From Bacteroidales bacterium (GTDB lineage Bacteria > Bacteroidota > Bacteroidia > Bacteroidales > WCHB1-69), in assembly GCA_045132235.1 (NCBI GenBank), contig JBGURX010000021.1:8604-72603 (forward strand): 64,000 nt of DNA, in the 5' to 3' direction. A program made the translations under genes and the position numbers. The stretch's first letter is position 1, and the number at the start of each line of letters is the position of its first letter. Below are positions 53,505 through 62,061 of this stretch, piece by piece. The notes under the pieces are model-generated. The model had not been told where the DNA came from. It worked only from the letters and a program-made list of their open reading frames with translations, and did no database searches.

Positions 53505-54059
53505 ATGAAACTCCGCCACATCATCCTTTGTCTTTTGGTGGCGGCTGCAACTTCGGCGGCCGGACAGCACCTTACCCTGAAAAACTACCAAAAGAAAGCC
53601 CTGCCACAGAAATTGATCATGGTTGGAAACGGGCTGTATTGCGACTCCGAGCCCATCACCAACCTTGATTGGCGCGAGTACCTGTATTGGCTGGAACGAA
53701 TATACGGAAAAGAGTCGGAGCCATACCGTGCCGCTCTGCCCGATGAGGAGATTCTCCGGCAGCAGCTGCCCGACAGTCTCGCGAGGTACTACCTGCGCAA
53801 CCCAGTGTTCAACGATTTCGCCGTCTTGGGCGTGTCGCCAGAGCAAGCCCGTGCCTACTGCCAATGGCGCACCGACCGCGTGGCGGAATATATTCTGGTG
53901 TGCATGAAAATTCGTGAATGGGACCCCGACGCTCCCTTCTTCCTTGCGGACTACGACAATCCGAAAAATCTGCAATTTCTCCACTTTTTTCTTCCACAAG
54001 AGGGCATGGAAACCCGATATGGCTTTGTGTGCTTTGCGATGTGGAAAACTGAAAACTGA
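53505..54059 (+). CDS. Secreted truncated FGE/SUMF1-like domain protein (184 aa)
   Basis: Start moved to MKLRHIILCLL. It is a paralogue of 4363-4920, sharing NLDWREYLYWLERIYGKES, VLGVSPEQARAYCQWRTDRV and RYGFVCFA. Confidence 0.8.
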   Translation: MKLRHIILCLLVAAATSAAGQHLTLKNYQKKALPQKLIMVGNGLYCDSEPITNLDWREYLYWLERIYGKESEPYRAALPDEEILRQQLPDSLARYYLRNPVFNDFAVLGVSPEQARAYCQWRTDRVAEYILVCMKIREWDPDAPFFLADYDNPKNLQFLHFFLPQEGMETRYGFVCFAMWKTEN

Positions 54060-54105
54060 GAATTGAAAACTGAAAATTGAAAGGTGAAAAGTGGATGGTG
54101 GAAGG
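54042..54105 (+). repeat. Heptamer tandem array (TGAAAAY-type, 9 units)
   Basis: TGGAAAAC TGAAAAC TGAGAAT TGAAAAC TGAAAAT TGAAAGG TGAAAAG TGGATGG TGGAAGG. The array starts inside the last codons of the preceding gene. Confidence 0.75.
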
Positions 54106-54218
54106 ATTATTTTTTCAGATGTGAAGGGATAAAAACTCAGAAATAAAGGAGAAAATCGAAAAGTTTCGAGGGGGTTCACATTTTGGGTGTGAAGGGATAA
54201 ATTTTCAAAAAAAAGATG

Positions 54219-54226
54219 TATATTTG
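54219..54226 (+). promoter_or_regulatory. Bacteroidota -7 promoter box (TATATTTG)
   Basis: Exact TAnnTTTG match, ending only 5 nt before the ATG at 54232. This implies either a near-leaderless transcript or a different true promoter. Confidence 0.4.
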
Positions 54227-54231
54227 TCGCC

Positions 54232-56595
54232 ATGAAAAGATTAACGGCGATCTTGTTTTGGCTTCTGCTCGGCTGCGGCACAGTGTTTGCCCAGCAGGAA
54301 ACCATCACGGTCAGCGGCCGGGTGACCGGCACCGACACGTTGGGGGTGCTTGGTGCGCATATAACAGTCCACAACGGGCATGAGTATGTCGGGATGACCA
54401 CTACCAATGGACATGGGTTCTTCACTCTCTCGCTGCCACAGTCGGAAAACGACTATACGCTCACATTCTGGAGCTGGGGTGCCGAGGTCAAAACCATTAC
54501 ACTGCCCCCCGAATCCACCCAATCGCTAAACGTGACACTGGAGTTGCCATCACAAGGATATGTGAAAGGGAAGACATACTATTCAGCAGACGGTATCGCC
54601 ACCCGAACGGTGTACGTAGTTGATAATGAAAACGAAGTGCAAGTGCTGGCAGACCTCCTGTACTTCTTCCCGGAGTTCTCCATCTCAAAGGAAGGTATTT
54701 TGTCGTACGAAGGAAATGAAAATACACTAATATTATTTGATAATCAACCCATTACAGTAGAAGACCTTGAGCAACTTTTTCTGCCACCCCATACCCGTGT
54801 ACAATTGGAAGTTCTCCATTCTTCCCAAGAATGCTGCCAAGACTGCATGGCCGCCACAATTCATATTACCTCTCACCCACTACAGGACGCTGGCTTTGGT
54901 GGCAATATTTCCGCACAGTATGGCTTTTTTCATTTTGCCAATGCCGATGTCAATCTATGGCTTTCCAAAAAGAAATTCGATCTTATTTTTCAATATAATA
55001 TTGATTATGAGAATGATATATTTAAGGGGGACTTTGAATATCAGCAGAAAACCACAGCAAATACAGCAACAACGGAGTTCCAAAACCAATGCCGGCAGTT
55101 GCGCAACGACTTCCGCCTGAACGGCTTTTTCCTGCTGAATGACCGAAACAGTCTGGAGGTGAACGTGCGGGCGAAGGTGCCGCGCCTACTGGCGGACCAT
55201 GCCTACGACAACAGTGCCGACGGAGAGCGATGGCAGTCGCTGGAAAACGGTTTCACCGGCAGGCGCTGGCAGCAGGAATCTGTGGAGGGCATGATTCGTT
55301 ACCGCCACACCATCCAGCCCTACCTGTCGCACCGTCCCAACAGCTCCTCTTTTTCGTTAGACTGTTCATTTTCAAAAGCGTGGGAGCGGCGCGAAGAGAC
55401 CTACCGCGAAGACTTTTACCATGAAAACTTGATCTGGGCACAGTCACAGTCCAGCGAAGGCCCGTTGAGTGCCTCCCTGAAGGCGGATTTCACCATCCAA
55501 CGGAAACACTCAATCTGGCAAGTGGGCGCGCAGGCGTTGTACCGCCGCAACGGCTTCAGCCAGAACCTGACGGCAGCCGCCGACAGTGTGCCGGCCGCCT
55601 TCCAGCCACTCCAGTACCATCTCACCCACCAAGAGGTTGTGCCCTCGGTTTATGTAAATTACATTTTCGCAAAACATTATTTCTTCTTGAAGGCAGGACT
55701 TCAGAGCGAATACATCCGGTCATGGCACGATGCTTCCGATGCGTTGCAGTCCCACATCATTTTTGCGCCCAACCTGCAACTCACTTTCCGCATCACGCCG
55801 CACCAGTCGGTTGACCTTGAATACCGCTGCCATGCCGAGCGTCCCGACTATGCAGAGCTGACCTCGTACCGGTACCTGCTGGATGCCAACACCTATCTGC
55901 AAGGCAATCCGTCACTCCGTCCGGAGATTGTCAACAGTGTGGCGGCAAGCTACCATTTGAGCACAAAGTTTGTACAATTGCATGCGGATTTGTTTTATCG
56001 ACACACCGCCCGTTATATTACACAAATCGCTCGTTTTCAAGAAAATGCCATCTCAATCGAATACGCCAACATCGCCCATGATGCCAAAGCTGGATTAGAT
56101 TTCCATTTGTTAGCAGGGATCCTTTACCACTGCTATGCGACATTCAACTCAAGCACCTACTATCGGCATGCCTCTGCCATGTTAGATGGAGTGGACTGGT
56201 CGAATCGCGGATGGACGAGCGACAATTCAATAGAATTTCATTATAGTCCGGTACGAAGATACAAGTATTATTTGATGCTTCACGCAGACTATCACATCGT
56301 TACGCCGCAATTTCATCCGCAGTTCACCACCTCGCTCAGCCACTACCTGAACCTCAAAATCAGCCACATCTTCTTTTACAGACTGAATGTTTCGCTGTCG
56401 GCCACAGATGTGTTCAACACCGCTCGCTGGGCTGCCCATTTCGATAATGGAACTTACAGCCTGATGCACCGCAGCACGCACAAAAGCCGGATGGTATGGA
56501 TTAGCATTGCCTACCGGTTTGGTGATTATCACACCCAACTTTGGAAAGACACAGGGAACCCGCGTTCCAACCGACTGATTTCAATGGGATTCTGA
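54232..56595 (+). CDS. Outer-membrane beta-barrel family protein with N-terminal carboxypeptidase-regulatory-like domain (TonB-dependent-receptor-like, 787 aa)
   Basis: Signal peptide present. The N-terminal domain reads ITVSGRVTGTDTLGVLGAHITV...TNGHGFFTL. A long alternating beta-strand region ends in ...RMVWISIAYRFG. Confidence 0.8.
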   Translation: MKRLTAILFWLLLGCGTVFAQQETITVSGRVTGTDTLGVLGAHITVHNGHEYVGMTTTNGHGFFTLSLPQSENDYTLTFWSWGAEVKTITLPPESTQSLNVTLELPSQGYVKGKTYYSADGIATRTVYVVDNENEVQVLADLLYFFPEFSISKEGILSYEGNENTLILFDNQPITVEDLEQLFLPPHTRVQLEVLHSSQECCQDCMAATIHITSHPLQDAGFGGNISAQYGFFHFANADVNLWLSKKKFDLIFQYNIDYENDIFKGDFEYQQKTTANTATTEFQNQCRQLRNDFRLNGFFLLNDRNSLEVNVRAKVPRLLADHAYDNSADGERWQSLENGFTGRRWQQESVEGMIRYRHTIQPYLSHRPNSSSFSLDCSFSKAWERREETYREDFYHENLIWAQSQSSEGPLSASLKADFTIQRKHSIWQVGAQALYRRNGFSQNLTAAADSVPAAFQPLQYHLTHQEVVPSVYVNYIFAKHYFFLKAGLQSEYIRSWHDASDALQSHIIFAPNLQLTFRITPHQSVDLEYRCHAERPDYAELTSYRYLLDANTYLQGNPSLRPEIVNSVAASYHLSTKFVQLHADLFYRHTARYITQIARFQENAISIEYANIAHDAKAGLDFHLLAGILYHCYATFNSSTYYRHASAMLDGVDWSNRGWTSDNSIEFHYSPVRRYKYYLMLHADYHIVTPQFHPQFTTSLSHYLNLKISHIFFYRLNVSLSATDVFNTARWAAHFDNGTYSLMHRSTHKSRMVWISIAYRFGDYHTQLWKDTGNPRSNRLISMGF

Positions 56596-56630
56596 TGGAA
56601 GGTGAAAATTGAAAATTGAGAATTGAAAAT
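56596..56630 (+). repeat. Heptamer tandem array (5 units) directly after the OMP stop codon
   Basis: TGGAAGG TGAAAAT TGAAAAT TGAGAAT TGAAAAT. The first unit is identical to the last unit of the 54042-54105 array. Confidence 0.75.
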
Positions 56631-56708
56631 TTTACTTACTTTTGCAAAATCATTTTAGGGATGATTTCCTGAAAGATTGTCTGCTGTAAATTATTAAAAT
56701 AGAAAAAT

Positions 56709-58058
56709 ATGAAACTGAAAATCAGACTGATTGTGATGAACTTCCTGCAGTATGCCGTGTGGGGAGCTTATCTGACATGTATGGGCAAATACTTGGGCAA
56801 ATGCGGTCTCGGCAGCGACATCGGATTGTTCTACGCCATGCAGGGTATCGTTTCGCTGTTCATGCCCGCCCTGATGGGCATCATCGCCGACCGCTGGATC
56901 CAAGCCCAAAAAACGCTGGGAATCTGCCACATCCTGGCGGGTGGTGCGATGATTGCAGCCTGCTTCTACGGGCTGGCGAATCCCAACCCCAACTTTATCG
57001 GACTGTTCACCCTCTATTCCATCAGTGTGGCCTTCTACATGCCTACCATTGCATTGTCCAACTCCGTAGCTTACAATGCATTGGAGAACGGCGGATTGGA
57101 TGCGGTGAAGGACTTTCCGCCCATCCGCGTGTTCGGCACTATCGGTTTCATCTGCGCCATGTGGCTGGTGGACCTCGTTCATTTTCCTGACGGATTCCTT
57201 GCCTCCTGTCTGTCGAATCCCGCCGACTTTCTGTGGGCACAACACGAGCCGGGGATGGCTGTACAGGCTTCCAACACCCCGTTCCAGTTCATGCTGAGCG
57301 GTATTCTGGGCATCCTGCTGGGACTATACTCCTTCACGCTCCCCCAGTGCGCCATCAACAAAGGAGAAAAGAAAAGTTTTGTGGAAGCTCTTGGCTTGCA
57401 GGCATTTTCTCTTTTCAAACAGAAGAGAATGGCCATCTTCTTCATCTTCTCGATGTTGTTGGGTGCCGCCTTGCAAATCACCAACGGCTTTGCCACCCCG
57501 TTTATCTCGTCCTTCGCCGCCGACCCCGCCTTCGCAGACACCTTCGGCGTGAAATACTCGGTCATCATCTACTCCATCTCCCAGATTGCGGAGACCCTCT
57601 GCATCCTGCTCATCCCCTTCTTCCTCAAGCGTTTCGGTATCAAAAAGGTGATGCTGATGGCCATGATTGCATGGTTCTTCCGTTTCGGATTGTTCGGCAT
57701 CGGCGATACGGGCAGCATGGTGTGGGCCATCATCCTCTCGATGATCGTATATGGATTTGCCTTTGACTTTTACAACATCTCCGGCTCCCTGTTTGTGAAT
57801 CAGGAGACCGACCCGAGCATCCGCTCGTCGGCACAAGGCTTGTTCATGATGATGACCAACGGCTTCGGCGCCACCATCGGCACGTTAGGCGCGCAGGCCA
57901 TCGTCAATCGGTTCTGCGCATGGAACGAGGCGGGACTGCTGGTAGGCACCGAAGGCACCGGCGGCTGGCCGGCCGTATGGTTCATCTTCGCCGGCTACTC
58001 GCTGGTCGTGGCCATCCTGTTCGCCATCTTCTTCCAATACAAACACGAGAGAAAGTAG
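56709..58058 (+). CDS. MFS nucleoside:H+ symporter family permease (NupG/XapB-like)
   Basis: 12-TM protein. The N-terminus RLIVMNFLQYAVWGAYLT is typical of the Nuc_H_symport family. A TACTTTTG box lies at 56637-56644. Confidence 0.85.
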   Translation: MKLKIRLIVMNFLQYAVWGAYLTCMGKYLGKCGLGSDIGLFYAMQGIVSLFMPALMGIIADRWIQAQKTLGICHILAGGAMIAACFYGLANPNPNFIGLFTLYSISVAFYMPTIALSNSVAYNALENGGLDAVKDFPPIRVFGTIGFICAMWLVDLVHFPDGFLASCLSNPADFLWAQHEPGMAVQASNTPFQFMLSGILGILLGLYSFTLPQCAINKGEKKSFVEALGLQAFSLFKQKRMAIFFIFSMLLGAALQITNGFATPFISSFAADPAFADTFGVKYSVIIYSISQIAETLCILLIPFFLKRFGIKKVMLMAMIAWFFRFGLFGIGDTGSMVWAIILSMIVYGFAFDFYNISGSLFVNQETDPSIRSSAQGLFMMMTNGFGATIGTLGAQAIVNRFCAWNEAGLLVGTEGTGGWPAVWFIFAGYSLVVAILFAIFFQYKHERK

Positions 58059-58082
58059 AGACGCGATTAATCGCGTCTCTAC
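58055..58082. repeat. Perfect 28-bp palindrome (shared-stem element, copy 1); possible terminator
   Basis: GTAGAGACGCGATTAATCGCGTCTCTAC overlaps the permease stop codon. Confidence 0.7.
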
Positions 58083-58106
58083 AAACGCAAATACAAACCT
58101 TTTACC

Positions 58107-58784
58107 ATGGTCAACCCTGTCATTGAAGAATCTTGGAAGCGCGCGTTAGCCGACCAGTTTGCCTCACCCTACTTTGAGGAGCTGAAGCGGTTTCTGATTG
58201 CGGAGAAACAGCAGCACCCCGTCTATCCTCCGGGACCGCTGATTTTCAACGCCTTCAACCTCACGCCGTTTGACAAGGTGAAGGTGGTGATTCTCGGGCA
58301 GGACCCGTACCACGAGCCCGGACAGGCGCACGGACTCTGTTTCTCGGTGCAGCCCGGCACGAAGTTCCCGCCCTCGTTGGTGAACATCTTCCAAGAGCTG
58401 CAGTCCGACCTCGGCATCCCCGTGCCGCCCACCGGCAATCTGGAGGGCTGGGCGCGCCAGGGCGTGTTGCTGCTCAACGCTACCCTGACGGTTCGGGCGC
58501 ACCAGGCCGGCTCGCACCAACGGCACGGCTGGGAGGCCTTCACCGACACCGCCATCGCACGGCTCTCGCAACAACGCAGCGGCATCGTGTTCTTGCTCTG
58601 GGGCTCCTACGCACAGGCCAAAGCACAACTCATCGACCCCTCCAAACACTTCATCCTCACCGCCCCGCACCCCTCCCCTCTCTCCGCCTACCGCGGCTTC
58701 TTCGGCTGCAAACACTTCTCCAAAACCAACCAGCTGCTCATCCAGTCCGGGCAGACTCCCATCCGGTGGGAGGAAACCACCTGA
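58107..58784 (+). CDS. ung: Uracil-DNA glycosylase
   Basis: GQDPYH and HPSPLS motifs. 225 aa. Confidence 0.9.
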   Translation: MVNPVIEESWKRALADQFASPYFEELKRFLIAEKQQHPVYPPGPLIFNAFNLTPFDKVKVVILGQDPYHEPGQAHGLCFSVQPGTKFPPSLVNIFQELQSDLGIPVPPTGNLEGWARQGVLLLNATLTVRAHQAGSHQRHGWEAFTDTAIARLSQQRSGIVFLLWGSYAQAKAQLIDPSKHFILTAPHPSPLSAYRGFFGCKHFSKTNQLLIQSGQTPIRWEETT

Positions 58785-58801
58785 ACGGGAAATTGAAATC
58801 T

Positions 58802-58827
58802 TAGAGACGCAGCATGCTGCGTCTCTA
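58802..58827. repeat. Perfect 26-bp palindrome (shared-stem element, copy 2); possible terminator
   Basis: TAGAGACGCAGCATGCTGCGTCTCTA has the same 9-10-nt stem as copy 1 and a different palindromic loop. Confidence 0.7.
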
Positions 58828-58845
58828 CTTTTAACTCTTGACTAT

Positions 58846-59526
58846 ATGAAACAGATCCTCTCCTTTTTAGACCAGCTGATGCGCCACAACTACCGCGAAT
58901 GGTTCATGGAACACAAACAGGAATATGTGGCGGCACAGGCGCATTTCAACGAATTTACGGAAAAACTGATTGCGGAGGTCGGGAAATTCGATCCCTCCAT
59001 CCGCGACCTGACCGTGAAGGACTGCACCTACCGCATCTACAAGGACATGCGTTTCTCGAAAGAGAAAATCCCTTACAAAACCCATATCGGGGCCTATCTT
59101 TGTCCGCACGGCAAGAAGTCGGGCTACGCAGGCTACTATTTTCACTTGGAACCCTCGGAATCAGAAGATTACTCTTTTGGCAATATGCTGGCAGCTGGCT
59201 TGTACAACCCTACCCCGTCGTTGGCCATTGCCATCCGCGACCGCATCCATCACGAAGGGGAAACGTTCCGTCAAGCCGCCGCACAGGCCACTCACTACCA
59301 CTGGAACGACAATGCCAAATACAAGCAGGTTCCCAATGGGTTTCCGCAAGACGATCCGAATGCGGAATTCCTGAAACTCAAGACTTTCACCATCGCGGCA
59401 GAACTTCCTGATGATATGGTTTTTGGAGACGAAACGCGGCTTTTGAAATTTGTGACGGAGCGTTTCCGCGAAGCCAAACCCGTCAACGACTTCATCAACC
59501 AAGTAATCGAAGGGGGATGTTGGTGA
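58846..59526 (+). CDS. DUF2461 (TIGR02453) family protein
   Basis: NYREWFMEHKQEY and RIYKDMRFSKEKIPYKTH are typical of the family. Confidence 0.8.
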   Translation: MKQILSFLDQLMRHNYREWFMEHKQEYVAAQAHFNEFTEKLIAEVGKFDPSIRDLTVKDCTYRIYKDMRFSKEKIPYKTHIGAYLCPHGKKSGYAGYYFHLEPSESEDYSFGNMLAAGLYNPTPSLAIAIRDRIHHEGETFRQAAAQATHYHWNDNAKYKQVPNGFPQDDPNAEFLKLKTFTIAAELPDDMVFGDETRLLKFVTERFREAKPVNDFINQVIEGGCW

Positions 59527-59631
59527 AATTAACGATTTTTAACCTTTTCAACCGCCCATTATATTCAAAAAATATTTCTATTTTTGCATCGAAAAATAAT
59601 TTTTTATTAACCATTTAAAAACCAAAACATT

Positions 59632-59847
59632 ATGAAGAAAGTATTCGTAGCATTCGCCGCTATGGCATTCATTTTCGGTTTCGCTTCCTGCGACAAGAAA
59701 TGCACCTGCAAATGGTACAACAATGGCAAAGTTACTGCCACCCAGACCTACACCATCGACAAAGATTCTGACAAGAAATGTTCAGACTATGCCACTACCG
59801 CCATTTATGACGATGGTAACGGCAAATCTGGTGTTGAATGCAAATAA
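59632..59847 (+). CDS. Small Cys-patterned lipoprotein (family member 3)
   Basis: Lipobox FASC followed by DKKCTCK ... KKCSDY ... VEC. A TATTTTTG box lies upstream. Confidence 0.6.
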   Translation: MKKVFVAFAAMAFIFGFASCDKKCTCKWYNNGKVTATQTYTIDKDSDKKCSDYATTAIYDDGNGKSGVECK

Positions 59848-59865
59848 GCATCCGAAACAAACACA

Positions 59866-59896
59866 AAAAGGCGCAGTTTTCACTGCGCCTTTTTTA
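59866..59896. terminator. Bidirectional intrinsic terminator
   Basis: A-run, then GGCGCAG-ttttca-CTGCGCC, then T-run. It overlaps the mutY stop. Confidence 0.8.
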
Positions 59897-60931
59897 TTGC
59901 TGAAAAACGCGTTGTAGAGCCCGCTCCGTCACTTTCGCCACCGCATAGTCGCGGAGACGGCCAACCGGCACGATCTGCTGGTGTTCTGACAGTGGCGGCA
60001 GGCATTTCACACTCACCACATAGAAGTAGGCGAAGATCCTGCGGTGGGTAAGCTGATGCTGCGTTTGCCACACCAGACGGGGTTCTTCCGTATATTCTAT
60101 TTTATTATCATTCAAATAATTAATAATATCAAACTGCACTCCATCGAGTTCCACGAGTGGAAATTCGTACAGCTCGCGCCAGATATCATTCTCCGCGCGC
60201 CGTTGCAGGATTGTTTGGTCGTTATGGAGAAAGATGAGGTAATGGAAGTAACGGTTTTTCACTGTAATAGTTTTCTGTTTGACAGGGAGTTGTTCCACCT
60301 GCTGGTGCTGAAAGGCGTAGCACTCTGATGCGAAGGGGCACTTTGGGCAGTCAGGATTTTTGGGGGTGCACATCATGGCGCCCATTTCCATCATGGCCTG
60401 ATTGAAGTCGCCCGGGCGGTCGTTGGGAATCCACTTTTGGCAGGTGGCCTCCACCAGCTTGTGGGTGGCGGGGGCGGCGATGTTGTCGAAGATGCCCTGA
60501 TGGCGGGCGACGACGCGCAGCACGTTGCCGTCCACGGCGGGATAAGGCAGCTGGAAGGCGATGGAGGCGATGGCCGCGGCGGTATAGTCGCCCACGCCCT
60601 TCAGCGCGCGGATGCCGGCGTAGTCGGAGGGAAACACCCCGTTGTGCCGTTCCACCATCTGGCGAGCGGCGGCGTGCAGGTTACGGGCGCGGCTGTAGTA
60701 GCCAAGCCCCTGCCACAGCTTGAGCACCTCCGCCTCGGGAGCCGCCGCGAGGGCTTGCAGCGTGGGGAATGCCTCAAGGAAACGACGGTAGTAGTCCATG
60801 CCCTGCACCACGCGGGTTTGCTGCAGAATCACCTCTGAAATCCAGATGCGATAAGGGTCGCTTTCGCCACGCCAAGGCAATTCGCGCTTGTGGGTGTCAA
60901 ACCAGTCGAGCAGGCGTTCGGTGAATTTCAT
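59894..60931 (-). CDS. mutY: A/G-specific adenine DNA glycosylase
   Basis: HhH-GPD pattern (LPWR, VSEVILQQTRV, LKGVGDYTAAAI), a 4-Cys Fe-S loop (C..C.C....C) and a NUDIX-like C-terminus. Confidence 0.85.
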   Translation of the reverse strand: MKFTERLLDWFDTHKRELPWRGESDPYRIWISEVILQQTRVVQGMDYYRRFLEAFPTLQALAAAPEAEVLKLWQGLGYYSRARNLHAAARQMVERHNGVFPSDYAGIRALKGVGDYTAAAIASIAFQLPYPAVDGNVLRVVARHQGIFDNIAAPATHKLVEATCQKWIPNDRPGDFNQAMMEMGAMMCTPKNPDCPKCPFASECYAFQHQQVEQLPVKQKTITVKNRYFHYLIFLHNDQTILQRRAENDIWRELYEFPLVELDGVQFDIINYLNDNKIEYTEEPRLVWQTQHQLTHRRIFAYFYVVSVKCLPPLSEHQQIVPVGRLRDYAVAKVTERALQRVFQQ

Positions 60932-60973
60932 TTTTAGAAAAAGAAGGGGAAGCGATTGGCTTCCCCTAAATGA

Positions 60974-61978
60974 TTAGTTGTTGTCGATGATTTGGAAAAG
61001 CTCGTCGAGCTTGGGGGTGAGGATGATCTCCGTGCGGCGGTTCTTGGCGCGGGCCTCGGGCGTGTTGGCGGGGTCGATGGGGAAATACTCGCCGCGGCCG
61101 GAGGCGGAGATACGTTCAGGGTTTATGTCGCCGTACGAGAGGATGAGTTTCACCACGGAGGTGGCACGCATCACACTCAAATCCCAGTTGTCCTTCACCT
61201 GACCGCTGCCGTTGTAGCGGAGGTTGTCGGTGTGGCCTTCGATGAGCACGTTGATGGTGCTGTCGGCTTCCAACACTTTAGCCAGCTCCTTGAGAGCTTC
61301 TTTACCTTCGCCTTGCACTTCCCAGCGTGCGGAGGCAAACAGGAGTTTCTCATCCATAGAAACATACACCTTACCATTGCGCTGTTCGACCTTGAGGCCG
61401 CTGCCTTCGAAGTTCTTAAGGGCGTTGCTCACCTTGTCTTTGAGGGCGCGCACTTCGGCATCTTTTTGGTCGAGAATCTTCTGCAGTTCAGCGAGGCTGC
61501 TGGCGAACTGGTTCAGCGAATCCTGCTTGGCCTGAAGCTCTTCCGACTGGCGTTCGAGGCGGCGTTGCATCTCTTCCAGTTCAGCTTCCTTGTTGCGGAG
61601 CTGGAGCTGGGCGCTGTCGAGGTTGCTCGACAACTCGCTGATAGCGGCACCGCTATTTCTGGTCAATTCCTTGATATCCTTCGCCAACTCGTCGTAGTCG
61701 TGGCGCGATTTGGCATACTCGGCTTCCGTCTGGGCCAGTTTGCGGCTCAGGTCGAGGGTGTCGTGCTTCAGCTGGTCAACTTTGGTTTGCAAAGCATTGA
61801 CCTGTCTGTCCAGATCCTTGTTTTTATTCTGGCAATCAGAAAGTTCGGTATCTGCAAACCGCTTGTCCTCCATACACTCCTTATACTTGCCTTCCAATTC
61901 CAGATACTTCTGCTTGGTGACGCAGGAGGTGGCGAGGATAGCCATGGCTGCCATGGCAATGAACATCAATTTTCTCAT
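60974..61978 (-). CDS. OmpA/MotB-family lipoprotein with long coiled-coil
   Basis: Lipobox ATSC and a heptad-rich middle region. The C-terminal OmpA-like domain reads NWDLSVMRATSVV ... GRGEY ... NRRTEIIL. Confidence 0.85.
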   Translation of the reverse strand: MRKLMFIAMAAMAILATSCVTKQKYLELEGKYKECMEDKRFADTELSDCQNKNKDLDRQVNALQTKVDQLKHDTLDLSRKLAQTEAEYAKSRHDYDELAKDIKELTRNSGAAISELSSNLDSAQLQLRNKEAELEEMQRRLERQSEELQAKQDSLNQFASSLAELQKILDQKDAEVRALKDKVSNALKNFEGSGLKVEQRNGKVYVSMDEKLLFASARWEVQGEGKEALKELAKVLEADSTINVLIEGHTDNLRYNGSGQVKDNWDLSVMRATSVVKLILSYGDINPERISASGRGEYFPIDPANTPEARAKNRRTEIILTPKLDELFQIIDNN

Positions 61979-62061
61979 TCTTACGTTTTATGGTTAATGG
62001 TTGATTTTAAGAAAAGAGCGCCGAAAAGGAATTCCGACGCCCTTGTTACGTCAAGAAGACG

